From IMG/VR virus record IMGVR_UViG_3300027963_000034, positions 122,552 through 186,551 of that record: a stretch of DNA of 64,000 bases. One strand, given 5' to 3'. The position numbers and the translations under genes were made by a program. The stretch is from a virus (taxonomy: Duplodnaviria; Heunggongvirae; Uroviricota; Caudoviricetes). Below, one piece after another: positions 1 through 8,356 of this stretch. Position 1 is the stretch's first letter. Every line of letters begins with the position of its first letter. A model generated the notes under the pieces. The model was not told the DNA's origin, ran no database searches, and saw only the letters and a program-made list of their open reading frames with translations.

Positions 1-595
1 TTGTAGCTGCAAAAGATGCAGATAATGTTTCATTACCTAAGAAATCAGATGCAGAAGCTGAAGCTACAGTTGCTGTAACTGCTGCAGTTACATCATTGAT
101 TGTATATCCGAATCTACCTGCTCCGTAAAGACCACCTTCAGTAGCTTGAGTAGAACCCAATTTGTTACCTGCTGGAGATAAGTTATCTTTACCGAAAGTA
201 CCACCATTACCGAACATAGAAGAACCAGAAGCTGGTCTGTTTGCGTCGTTTTGAGTACCATATTTGAAATCCATGTAGAAAATAAGACCAGAAGGTAAGT
301 TCATTGGTTGAACTGAAACGAATTCTTTAGCTGCGATAGAACCGAAGATTCTTCTTACTAAAGGTAACGCAACACCAGCCCACTCTTCTGAACCAGAAGA
401 TGTACCTGTTCTTGTAGCCTCATCTAATAATTGTTTAGCTTGGTTTTCTAACATTACTGCCATACCATGCTTAGTTGTTTCAGAACCTACTCCTTCAAGT
501 AAGCCTGTTTTTTCCCATTTAGCTTTCAAACCACGAGTTTGTTCAAGCATTACGCTTTGTGGGTTTGCGCCAGTCATTAATTTTTTAATGTCCAT
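1..595 (-). CDS. gp23: Major capsid protein, T4 gp23-like (N-terminal part; continues past window start)
   Basis: Not in the ORF track. Hand translation from ATG at 595 gives MDIKKLMTGANPQSVMLEQTRGLKAKWEKTGLLEG...LENQAKQLLDEA...ALPLVRRIFGSIAAKEFVSVQPMNLPSGLIFYMDFKYG, which has the gp23 hallmarks. It follows the scaffold gene. Confidence 0.95.
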   Translation of the reverse strand, partial: MDIKKLMTGANPQSVMLEQTRGLKAKWEKTGLLEGVGSETTKHGMAVMLENQAKQLLDEATRTGTSSGSEEWAGVALPLVRRIFGSIAAKEFVSVQPMNLPSGLIFYMDFKYGTQNDANRPASGSSMFGNGGTFGKDNLSPAGNKLGSTQATEGGLYGAGRFGYTINDVTAAVTATVASASASDFLGNETLSASFAAT

Positions 596-615
596 TTTTT
601 TGTTTTTTAATATTT

Positions 616-1875
616 TTATTTAATAATACCTGCTAACTTTTGAAATCTATTAGAAATTTGAGTATTTTCTGCAATTACTTGCTTAGATACTGCTGGTTTA
701 GTAGATTTTGTTACTTTACTAGCAATTCCTTCAGAAATAGATTTTTTAGTAGATTTGTTAGATGATGAATATTTGAAATTCTCTGCTAATGTAGAGTATA
801 CCAATTTAACTTCTCTAACTGATTTTGTTCTATCCAAAGTTTCAATCACTTTCACTTTTTGTTCGTTAGTCATGTTGTGAGCTCTGAATAATTTATTAGC
901 GAATAATAACTTAGCGTTTAATAAGTTAACTTCGTTAATTGTTTTTTGTAAGAATTTGATAGTTTTGTAAGCTTCGTTTAATTCAGCGTCTTTTTCGTCA
1001 GCTTTCTTATCTTCTGCATCACCTTTCATATCATCTTCCATTTCACGTAAGATTTCTTCTAAGTCAACAACATCTTTGTCATCTTCTTTAGAATCTTCTT
1101 CCGCTTCATTAGTTACAACAACTTTTGGTGTTTCACCTTTGTCAGTACCAGCTTCAGAACCATCTGCTAAATTTTCAGCAACTGCTGAATCATCACCATA
1201 TGTATCGTCTTCTGCACCTTCTTGGTCATCACCACCTAATTGTGCTTCTAATTCTCTGATGATAGCTTCTAAGTCCATATCATCTTCGTTGTTGTCATCA
1301 CCGAATTGGTCGTCTCCGCCAAATTGGTCATCACCACCTTGTGCAAATGGGTTTTCTTCTTCAGTCTCTTGTCCAAATGGATTTACTTCTGAATCATCAC
1401 CTTGTGCAAAAGGATTTTCTTCTTGAGAATCTTCACCTTCTAATTCTGCCAATCTAGCTTTCAATTCTGCAATTTCTGCATCTTTGTCACTTTCTTGGTC
1501 ATCACCGAAAGGATTTTCTTCTTCAGAAATGTCTGCTACTTTCTTATAGTCAGTACCAGCTTGTTCAGGTTTACCTGAGTCTTTTTTAACACCAACTGAT
1601 AAGTCTGTGTTAGCATCTAATGTTGGTTGTGTTCCTGGGTTTTCTGCATAACCTGCATCAACTTTTGAACCAATACCAGTAGATGTTAATTCTTCGTCTA
1701 CTTTTTCAGCTTCATCATCCTGTGCTTCTGCTTCTGCTCTCATCTTTGCAGATAAGATAGATTGAAGTCTAGGAGTAAAAGCTTCTTCAAGAGCGATTTT
1801 TGCGTTAGCTAATGCAGTTTCTTTAACGGCTTTAGCATCGGCAATAGATTCCTTCAATAATTTTGAATTTGCCAT
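616..1875 (-). CDS. gp22: Prohead core scaffold protein, gp22-like
   Basis: Highly acidic, coiled-coil 419 aa protein directly upstream of the major capsid gene; C-terminal RFQKLAGI typical of T4-like scaffolds. Confidence 0.8.
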   Translation of the reverse strand: MANSKLLKESIADAKAVKETALANAKIALEEAFTPRLQSILSAKMRAEAEAQDDEAEKVDEELTSTGIGSKVDAGYAENPGTQPTLDANTDLSVGVKKDSGKPEQAGTDYKKVADISEEENPFGDDQESDKDAEIAELKARLAELEGEDSQEENPFAQGDDSEVNPFGQETEEENPFAQGGDDQFGGDDQFGDDNNEDDMDLEAIIRELEAQLGGDDQEGAEDDTYGDDSAVAENLADGSEAGTDKGETPKVVVTNEAEEDSKEDDKDVVDLEEILREMEDDMKGDAEDKKADEKDAELNEAYKTIKFLQKTINEVNLLNAKLLFANKLFRAHNMTNEQKVKVIETLDRTKSVREVKLVYSTLAENFKYSSSNKSTKKSISEGIASKVTKSTKPAVSKQVIAENTQISNRFQKLAGIIK

Positions 1876-1881
1876 CTTTTT

Positions 1882-1887
1882 TCCTTA
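1882..1887 (-). promoter_or_regulatory. Shine-Dalgarno-like TAAGGA upstream of scaffold gene
   Basis: Minus strand reads taaggaaaaaagATG, with 6 nt between AGGA and ATG. Confidence 0.55.
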
Positions 1888-2040
1888 AATTTTGTTGTGA
1901 AGTTATTCTTGTAGGGAACTCCAATGTAATTATGTTGATTGTTCGGTCACACCTTATAGAGAAGGGTATTCATTAATCAACTATGTCTTGTAATCTTATA
2001 ATAAAAAATAAGATATTTGATAATATATATGTAAATTTTT

Positions 2041-2060
2041 TAGAAAACTAAAGAAAACTA
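2041..2060. promoter_or_regulatory. Tandem AGAAAACTA boxes (putative operator)
   Basis: tagaaaactaaagaaaacta; 19/20 identical to 42680-42699 upstream of the RHH gene. Confidence 0.6.
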
Positions 2061-2237
2061 CTAAAATAGTTTGTTTTTTCTTATAGTTTCTTCTTTTTGT
2101 AACCTCTTTCTTTTGGAAGGTTTAATAAAATTCTTCCTTTCTCTAAGTTCTTCTATTTGTTTTGTGGACTGAACTCTCTTTTTGTAATCTTTTATTGCCC
2201 ACTCTATATTTCCACCTCTAACACTTACTACTAACAT
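2061..2237 (-). CDS. rpsU: Phage-encoded ribosomal protein bS21 (58 aa)
   Basis: Below the ORF-track length cutoff. Hand translation gives MLVVSVRGGNIEWAIKDYKKRVQSTKQIEELRERKNFIKPSKRKRLQKEETIRKNKLF, matching the bS21 pattern NI..A.K.YK...LR.R..F.KPS..R. Confidence 0.88.
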   Translation of the reverse strand: MLVVSVRGGNIEWAIKDYKKRVQSTKQIEELRERKNFIKPSKRKRLQKEETIRKNKLF

Positions 2238-2241
2238 TCTT

Positions 2242-2613
2242 CTATTGTAAATTAACCAATTTGTATTTTGTTGAGTATAATAAAGTTACAATCGTATCTA
2301 TATCGTTTTGTAACCAACTCATTTGTAATTTTTCGTCTTTTCTTAATTTTGCAACTACTGTAATCAATTTATCAAAATATGCAATTACATTTTTGATATC
2401 ATTATTTGTATCTAAACCACTTACCGGTTGTAATTTAATTAATCCGTATTGTCCTTGATATGCTTCAACTAATCCATCTACTAATCCGCCAATTGCATCA
2501 TAATAGTTTCCTAACGCAACATGTGCTGAAAATGAACCAACACCTTTAACTCCTACATGGAATGAATGTGTTTGTGTTCTACTATGTAATAATAATGATG
2601 CTAATTGTTCCAT
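2242..2613 (-). CDS. Ferritin/Dps-like four-helix protein (DUF5856-like)
   Basis: Helical protein with H..H...S...H.ALG.YYD...D.L.E pattern resembling Dps-type metal ligands. Confidence 0.5.
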   Translation of the reverse strand: MEQLASLLLHSRTQTHSFHVGVKGVGSFSAHVALGNYYDAIGGLVDGLVEAYQGQYGLIKLQPVSGLDTNNDIKNVIAYFDKLITVVAKLRKDEKLQMSWLQNDIDTIVTLLYSTKYKLVNLQ

Positions 2614-2621
2614 TTTATTTA

Positions 2622-3050
2622 TTATTTACAGGTTTTACATTCTTGTAATCCCAATCTTTCTTTCATTTGTTGTTCGGATATTTCTGCTATTTCAAAATAT
2701 CTTCCTAATACATGTCCCATATCTTCATATAATGCATCTAATCTTTGTTGTTGTGATTGCGCTTCAACAGCTTCTTTTTCAAATGCACCTTGTAACTTTT
2801 TAAGTTCGTTCATATTTCTTTTAATAGTAACTCTATCAAACCAGTCACCACCTTCTCTTAAAGTATATTCTTGTGCTGCATCTGCAATACCACCTAACGT
2901 TTCAGCAACTTGTCTGATGTCAGATTTTCTTCCCATTTGCTCTCTATATTGACCATATGTAGAAATGATTTCCAAAAAATGCTTCTTTAATTGAGAAGGC
3001 AATTGTTGAAATTCTTCATTTTCTTTCATTAAATCTCTTAACTTTATCAT
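2622..3050 (-). CDS. Hypothetical head-cluster protein
   Basis: 142 aa helical ORF, tightly packed in the operon; N-terminus MIKLRDLMKE. Confidence 0.6.
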   Translation of the reverse strand: MIKLRDLMKENEEFQQLPSQLKKHFLEIISTYGQYREQMGRKSDIRQVAETLGGIADAAQEYTLREGGDWFDRVTIKRNMNELKKLQGAFEKEAVEAQSQQQRLDALYEDMGHVLGRYFEIAEISEQQMKERLGLQECKTCK

Positions 3051-3053
3051 ATA

Positions 3054-3302
3054 CTATTTCTTTAAAATATCGTTTTTTCTAATCTTTGAAACCGCTTGCA
3101 TTAATTGTTGTTTATCCAATCCTAATGAATCGATAATTTTAGCAATTACTAATTGTTCTTTTTTTCTTGACAAATTGTAATTTCTTATTTGAGCCACTAA
3201 TCTTTCTAAAAATCTATCAACTTGTGCCGGTAAAGCAGTATCCATATCTTCCAAATCTTCTTTTGTAATCTCTTTACCAGGTATTAAATTTACTAATTTC
3301 AT
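3054..3302 (-). CDS. Hypothetical head-cluster protein
   Basis: 82 aa ORF, tightly packed in the operon; N-terminus MKLVNLIPGKE. Confidence 0.6.
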   Translation of the reverse strand: MKLVNLIPGKEITKEDLEDMDTALPAQVDRFLERLVAQIRNYNLSRKKEQLVIAKIIDSLGLDKQQLMQAVSKIRKNDILKK

Positions 3303-3306
3303 TTTA

Positions 3307-3897
3307 TTAATTTAATTCAATTATAATTTCTCTCATTAAATCTTGTGCTTTACACCATTTACCACATTCTTCTGCTATTTGTTTCCATTCTTTTAATTCA
3401 TTCATTGGTGCCATAAATGCCCCATGTGTTGATGGATTAGATACAAAGTCCCAACCCACTAATTCGAAATCTTCCTGAACCATTACAGTCCCATCTCTTA
3501 ATTCTTTTACTGAACCCAATCCTCTAGATGAAATACCCAAACGAATATTATTTTTTAATAATTCTTTTAAGATATTTCCTGATGGTGTTGAAAGAATTTC
3601 CACTACACCACAAACATCATCACCTTCCCAAAAAATTTCTCTAATGTTGTGTGATACATTCTTTAAATTAATAACCGGAGATTCAGGATGGTCTAATTCA
3701 CCCAAAGCTCTACGTTCTTTAATAAGTTGGCCGTATTTTTCACACTCTCTCATTAAAATTTCTTTAGGATATCTTCTACCATTTTGATTTGCAGCACCTG
3801 CTCTTTGAAGAATTCCCTTAACTAAATAAGTTCCATTTTCTTCTTGTTGAAGTTTTGCTTCAAACAAATGCGTTTCTATCAATAATCCTTTACTCAT
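3307..3897 (-). CDS. gp21: Prohead core protease, gp21-like
   Basis: Motifs NQNGRRYP, LGELDHP, GISSRGLGS and DFVSNPSTHGA. Confidence 0.95.
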   Translation of the reverse strand: MSKGLLIETHLFEAKLQQEENGTYLVKGILQRAGAANQNGRRYPKEILMRECEKYGQLIKERRALGELDHPESPVINLKNVSHNIREIFWEGDDVCGVVEILSTPSGNILKELLKNNIRLGISSRGLGSVKELRDGTVMVQEDFELVGWDFVSNPSTHGAFMAPMNELKEWKQIAEECGKWCKAQDLMREIIIELN

Positions 3898-4190
3898 TAT
3901 TTTTTATTTCTTAATGCTGCTAAATCTGAACCTTCAATTTCACCATCACCATCAGTATCAATTTTTTTTTGACCTGCAGTTAATTCTGCCTCATTATATC
4001 CTCTCAATCTTCCTTCTGTTTTTGCTTTTGCAGCTTTATCCACTGCTTGAAAGAATTTTGCTTTTTCATCATCTGACATATCAGGAATAGATTTACCTGT
4101 TCTATCTAACATATGTTTAAATAATTCTTGATAGTCACTTTCTTCTTTAACTACCTGACGAATAAGTTCTTTTAATTCTGATGTTTTCAT
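3897..4190 (-). CDS. Hypothetical protein with C-terminal EF-hand-like loop
   Basis: DTDGDGEIEGSD fits the 12-residue DxDxDG Ca-binding loop. Confidence 0.55.
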   Translation of the reverse strand: MKTSELKELIRQVVKEESDYQELFKHMLDRTGKSIPDMSDDEKAKFFQAVDKAAKAKTEGRLRGYNEAELTAGQKKIDTDGDGEIEGSDLAALRNKK

Positions 4191-4786
4191 TATTCTGAAA
4201 TTTGTCTGATTTTTTGGTCTAATTTTAATAATCTTTCTTGTATACTATAAATATGATTATTTGTTCTTTTCCAATAACTTTTATTATTTACACCACTTTC
4301 ATTCTTAATTTTACCATACCAATTAAGAAATCTTTCCATTTCTCTTAATTGCTTATTGATATTAGATATACCTCTACCAATTTTAGCCTGTGCACTTGCT
4401 TCTTCATTTTTTAATTCTAACCAACGATTTTCATTAACGACAGTATAGCCTGTTAAGTCTGCTTGTTTTTTTCCTTTTTTCTTTTCACTATCTTTACCAC
4501 TAAATGCAAAAGGAGTATTATATCCTTCTACACCACCAGTTGTATTCATTTCATCAATCATTCTTTCTCTAACCATATTACGAATGATTTCTTTAAGTTT
4601 GTTGATACGCTCTTCTTTTTTATCAGGCAATCCATCGTGTGATGTAGATGCAAAATCTTTGGCATCTTTATCACTCATTGAATCTGCCGCTTTACTAACT
4701 TCTGGCGATGGATTTTCCATATCACCCTTTTGAGCGGCATGAACCATACCCATAAATCGTTGTTGTGCTTTTGATACTGATGGCAT
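4190..4786 (-). CDS. Hypothetical head-cluster protein
   Basis: 198 aa, 1-bp overlap with its neighbour; short modules MPSVSKAQQRFMGMV and EMNTTGGVEGYNTPFAF. Confidence 0.6.
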   Translation of the reverse strand: MPSVSKAQQRFMGMVHAAQKGDMENPSPEVSKAADSMSDKDAKDFASTSHDGLPDKKEERINKLKEIIRNMVRERMIDEMNTTGGVEGYNTPFAFSGKDSEKKKGKKQADLTGYTVVNENRWLELKNEEASAQAKIGRGISNINKQLREMERFLNWYGKIKNESGVNNKSYWKRTNNHIYSIQERLLKLDQKIRQISE

Positions 4787-4796
4787 TTGTTTAATT

Positions 4797-5054
4797 TTAT
4801 GATAATATTGAACCGGTTCCTGCAGATACTCTAATTGCCGTTGGATAACATGGATAAATTTGTCCAGGTACTAATTGATTTAAATAAATGTCTCCACCAC
4901 CTTCTAACGATATATTTCCTTGTACTACCGAACCAGATGGAATCATTACACCCCACACTTTTGTATACAATGATGATGTTGATTGGTTTCCTATTTTAGT
5001 CCAAACTGACGATGATGTAAAATAATCTATTTTTGAAATTCTATAATTTGTCAT
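4797..5054 (-). CDS. Small beta-rich putative virion protein
   Basis: 85 aa, beta-strand pattern, several TSS/SGS/TGS tripeptides. Confidence 0.5.
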   Translation of the reverse strand: MTNYRISKIDYFTSSSVWTKIGNQSTSSLYTKVWGVMIPSGSVVQGNISLEGGGDIYLNQLVPGQIYPCYPTAIRVSAGTGSILS

Positions 5055-5057
5055 TTT

Positions 5058-5933
5058 TTATTTTTTTAACGATTGTTTTAATTCATTTAATAACTCATAC
5101 GTCATCATCATTGCTGATAAATGTTGTTCTTTAATCTTTTTAACAGATTTAATTTTTCTAATATTTGAAATTGTTTCTGCTAATTTTATTTTTGTAACTT
5201 TGTCAGTAATTTTAGAACCAACTTCTTTCAATGAATTAACCAAATTAGTTACTTCATTGCTAACGTATTCATTTAATTTACCAGTATTATTTATATTATT
5301 AATATATTCTCTTAATAATCCTTTTTGCTGTTCGGTTAAATTCTTATATTTGTTGTTGAAATTTTCAACTAATATTTTGTAAGATATGGCTCTCAAATCA
5401 TCATCCTGTTTTCTATATTCTTCTAAAACTGCATCTTTTACTTTTACATCTTTATTTTGAATAGAAGAATTTATAATATTTTCTGCAATTGTAAATCTAG
5501 ATGATACGATGTCCGTTGGGTCGTATTGGTCATCGGTAGTTGTAATTTCAAATATTTTATAAATAGATGCTAATGTTTTATAATTTGAAATTGGAGATTT
5601 GATAAACTCATCTAAATTATAAGTTTCTTTAATTTCTTTAATTAAATTATATTTTTCTTTAATAAGTTTTTTCTCATCTAATCTTTTACGAGCTTCGCAT
5701 ATTGTATTAATAAATTGCTCAGCTTTTGATTCCGAGTTATATTTTTCATTAATCAAATATTGATATAATTTTAATTCTTTTGATAATTCTTTTTTTGAAT
5801 TAAAATGTTCTTTTAAAATCTTTTCTGCTACCGATTTGTTTGCAGACATTATTTCCGAAGTAATCTGTCTTACTAATAATTCAAATATAAATCCAGTATT
5901 TTTAAACTTCGAATGCTTTATTTTTTTCATCAA
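5058..5933 (-). CDS. Hypothetical protein downstream of portal
   Basis: 291 aa helical ORF with its own ATATTTATA motif upstream. Confidence 0.65.
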   Translation of the reverse strand: MMKKIKHSKFKNTGFIFELLVRQITSEIMSANKSVAEKILKEHFNSKKELSKELKLYQYLINEKYNSESKAEQFINTICEARKRLDEKKLIKEKYNLIKEIKETYNLDEFIKSPISNYKTLASIYKIFEITTTDDQYDPTDIVSSRFTIAENIINSSIQNKDVKVKDAVLEEYRKQDDDLRAISYKILVENFNNKYKNLTEQQKGLLREYINNINNTGKLNEYVSNEVTNLVNSLKEVGSKITDKVTKIKLAETISNIRKIKSVKKIKEQHLSAMMMTYELLNELKQSLKK

Positions 5934-5951
5934 TTTGTATAATTTGTCAGA

Positions 5952-5959
5952 TATAAATA
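5952..5959 (-). promoter_or_regulatory. Recurrent coding-strand TATTTATA motif (putative late promoter); representative copy
   Basis: Same octamer at 8342, 15754, 47726, 49011, 50989 and 56371, with TATTTATT variants at 42609 and 62932; always 3-25 nt upstream of a minus-strand start. Confidence 0.65.
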
Positions 5960-5977
5960 TATCTTTCTATGAGAATA

Positions 5978-7720
5978 CTACTCTTTATCTAAATTCTCTG
6001 TTAAAATCTTTTTTTTGTTTCCATTCATATCTTTAAATATCTCAAAATATGAATTTTTTCTAGGTTTATATCCTACCGAACCTTCTTTTTGTTTAAGGGT
6101 CTTAATACCTAATGGGTCTCTACCTTCTGGATGGTCATCTTTACCATATCTAACAGGGTCTTTAGGTCTACCAACACCATCTTCTTCTAATTCAGTTTTT
6201 AATCTATCCAATTCTTCTTCAACATTAGTAGGACCATCGGTACCGGTTTCTTTTGCAGGGTCAACGCCTTGAGTTTCAATTGATGTTAAACGGAATGTTT
6301 GTTTAGTATCATCTAATACTTGTAATGTCATTTCATCTTGTTCATCTTTAGCCATTTTCATTACCGCTTCATACATCCATTCTTTAGAGAACATTTTCGT
6401 TTGCTGCATTTGTTGAATTAAAGCTACCTTTGAAGTATATAGTTCAACTTGCTCTTGCTCATAGATTTTAGATGGAATAGTTAATTCTAAAGTAAAATCC
6501 GTCAAACGGTCATCATCTATTCCTTGTGCATATAAATGAATGATTGCTATTTTTGTTAATTCCGATATAACTACTCTTTGTATTCTTTCAATTGTTTTTG
6601 CAAATCTAACATCCATTGCTGCCAATGTAGCTTTACCATTGGTATCTTCTTCATATCCTAAATATGCTTTTGGAATTTGAAGAGCGGCCATTAACTTACC
6701 TTTTAAGTAGTTAATATCATCAATCATATTATACTCCAATCCTTTTAGGGTATCAATAGAAGTACCATTATCACTACCTCTTACTGGCATATAATAATCT
6801 TCTATAAGATTTTGAACATTATATTTTAAATTATATTCACCTGTTTTTTCATCCACAAAAGGAACTTTTTTAGATGAATTGATAATTTTTTGCATGTAGT
6901 TATCCACTTCATTTGGTGGAATATTACCAACATCAATTTTAAAGATTCTTTTTTCAGGAGCTCTCATTACTCTATGAATTAACATAGCATCCTCCATTAA
7001 CATAACTTGTTTCCAAACTCTTCTTGCACCTTCTAGCATTGATTTACCATAAGGTAAGAAGTTAGAATCATTATTTAAACGAAAATGGGCAATCTCATAG
7101 TTCTCATATTCTTTCTTTGCAGTTTGCCCTACTGCGTTATATGGATTTTGATATGGAGCATAAATAAATTTAACTCTTTGTGGATTTTTTGGGTCAAATC
7201 CTTCAATTCTACTCATTTCATATGTAGACATTGGGAGAACATTCACAATACCCAATCCTTCCGCCATTTCTAATTGTAAATAAAAATCACCATACTTAAC
7301 CAAATTTCTTACCCAAGGCCATAAGTTAAATTCAACATTTACAATATCATAAAATAAATTTTCTAATATTTGTTTAATATTATCATCTTCATGATGAATT
7401 TTTAATACATTTCCTTGTTCGTTTCTAGCAGTAGATTCATCTGCGTATATATTTAACGCTGATGATAAAATTGGGTCACTATCCATTGAATCATAATCTC
7501 TAAACAAATCAATTCTAACTTGTTGATATGCCATCGAAGATTCTAACTGACCCGTACCAAAATTGGTTACTCTCATTTTCATAAAACGGTCAACAAGGTT
7601 AGTTGTCATTGATTGATACTCATCAGTATCAACAACTTTAACACCTTTTGTAGTTTTACGAACTATGGTATTTGTTGAAAATAATTTTTGTAACCTACCG
7701 AATATTGTTTTATCTGCCAT
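5978..7720 (-). CDS. gp20: Portal protein, gp20-like
   Basis: MEDAMLIHRVMRAPEKRIFKIDVGNIP, EDYYMPVRG, GTSIDTLKG and DDINYLKGKL...IP motifs. Confidence 0.95.
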   Translation of the reverse strand: MADKTIFGRLQKLFSTNTIVRKTTKGVKVVDTDEYQSMTTNLVDRFMKMRVTNFGTGQLESSMAYQQVRIDLFRDYDSMDSDPILSSALNIYADESTARNEQGNVLKIHHEDDNIKQILENLFYDIVNVEFNLWPWVRNLVKYGDFYLQLEMAEGLGIVNVLPMSTYEMSRIEGFDPKNPQRVKFIYAPYQNPYNAVGQTAKKEYENYEIAHFRLNNDSNFLPYGKSMLEGARRVWKQVMLMEDAMLIHRVMRAPEKRIFKIDVGNIPPNEVDNYMQKIINSSKKVPFVDEKTGEYNLKYNVQNLIEDYYMPVRGSDNGTSIDTLKGLEYNMIDDINYLKGKLMAALQIPKAYLGYEEDTNGKATLAAMDVRFAKTIERIQRVVISELTKIAIIHLYAQGIDDDRLTDFTLELTIPSKIYEQEQVELYTSKVALIQQMQQTKMFSKEWMYEAVMKMAKDEQDEMTLQVLDDTKQTFRLTSIETQGVDPAKETGTDGPTNVEEELDRLKTELEEDGVGRPKDPVRYGKDDHPEGRDPLGIKTLKQKEGSVGYKPRKNSYFEIFKDMNGNKKKILTENLDKE

Positions 7721-7774
7721 TTTTATATAATTCTATTTTTCTAAATATATGGAAAATTTTCCACTTTTCCAAAT

Positions 7775-8323
7775 TTACCATTTTCTACAAGACCAATAAT
7801 TTGCTTTATGTCTAGGTCCTGGACTATCACAATTCATTCTAGCTCTAAATGATTTTCTTGCAGCAGGATTTGATTTTCTAATCTTCATTCCTTTTTGTCC
7901 GAAGTTTACTTTAACAACATTTCCTGCAGGATTCTTTACATATACTTTGAATTTCTTAACATCACCTTGCATTGGTTTGCCCAACTTAACTTCTCTACCT
8001 TGATATTCTGCTTCATGCATACAAGGGCAAGTTGCTTCATTTAAATCTTTAGCGTATGCTCTCATAAAAGAAATAAAATCTCCCATGTCCTCATCTTCTA
8101 CATCATATTCTTCTGGTTCAACTAAACCATAATTAACATCGTCATCACTATTAATATCTTCCGTTGCTTCATCTCCCCAATAACCACCTGGATTATCATT
8201 TTCTTTTACTGGAACACAATTTGGTACTTCTTTACCATTTTTATTCTTTGTTCCAACCATTTCGTATCCTTTCCAACAAGGATTTTCCATTTCTTTCAAT
8301 GGAATTAAGTTTATTAGTCTCAT
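7775..8323 (-). CDS. Hypothetical head-associated protein with Cys motifs
   Basis: PCWKGYEMVG...VPNCVP module, plus a basic C-terminal KVNFGQKG...ARKSFRARMNC...YWSCRKW module. Confidence 0.6.
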   Translation of the reverse strand: MRLINLIPLKEMENPCWKGYEMVGTKNKNGKEVPNCVPVKENDNPGGYWGDEATEDINSDDDVNYGLVEPEEYDVEDEDMGDFISFMRAYAKDLNEATCPCMHEAEYQGREVKLGKPMQGDVKKFKVYVKNPAGNVVKVNFGQKGMKIRKSNPAARKSFRARMNCDSPGPRHKANYWSCRKW

Positions 8324-8356
8324 ATTACAATAGTTTCAACATATAAATATAAAGAA

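Noticed and set aside
1984-2016. AT-rich hairpin atcttat/ataagat as a terminator after bS21
   Set aside because: The stem is almost all A-T with no clear downstream U-tract, so it is too weak to call.
5952-5959. Canonical T4 late promoters driving plus-strand transcription
   Set aside because: TATAAATA on the plus strand points away from any plus-strand gene. Its position tracks minus-strand starts, and it flips at the one real plus-strand gene.
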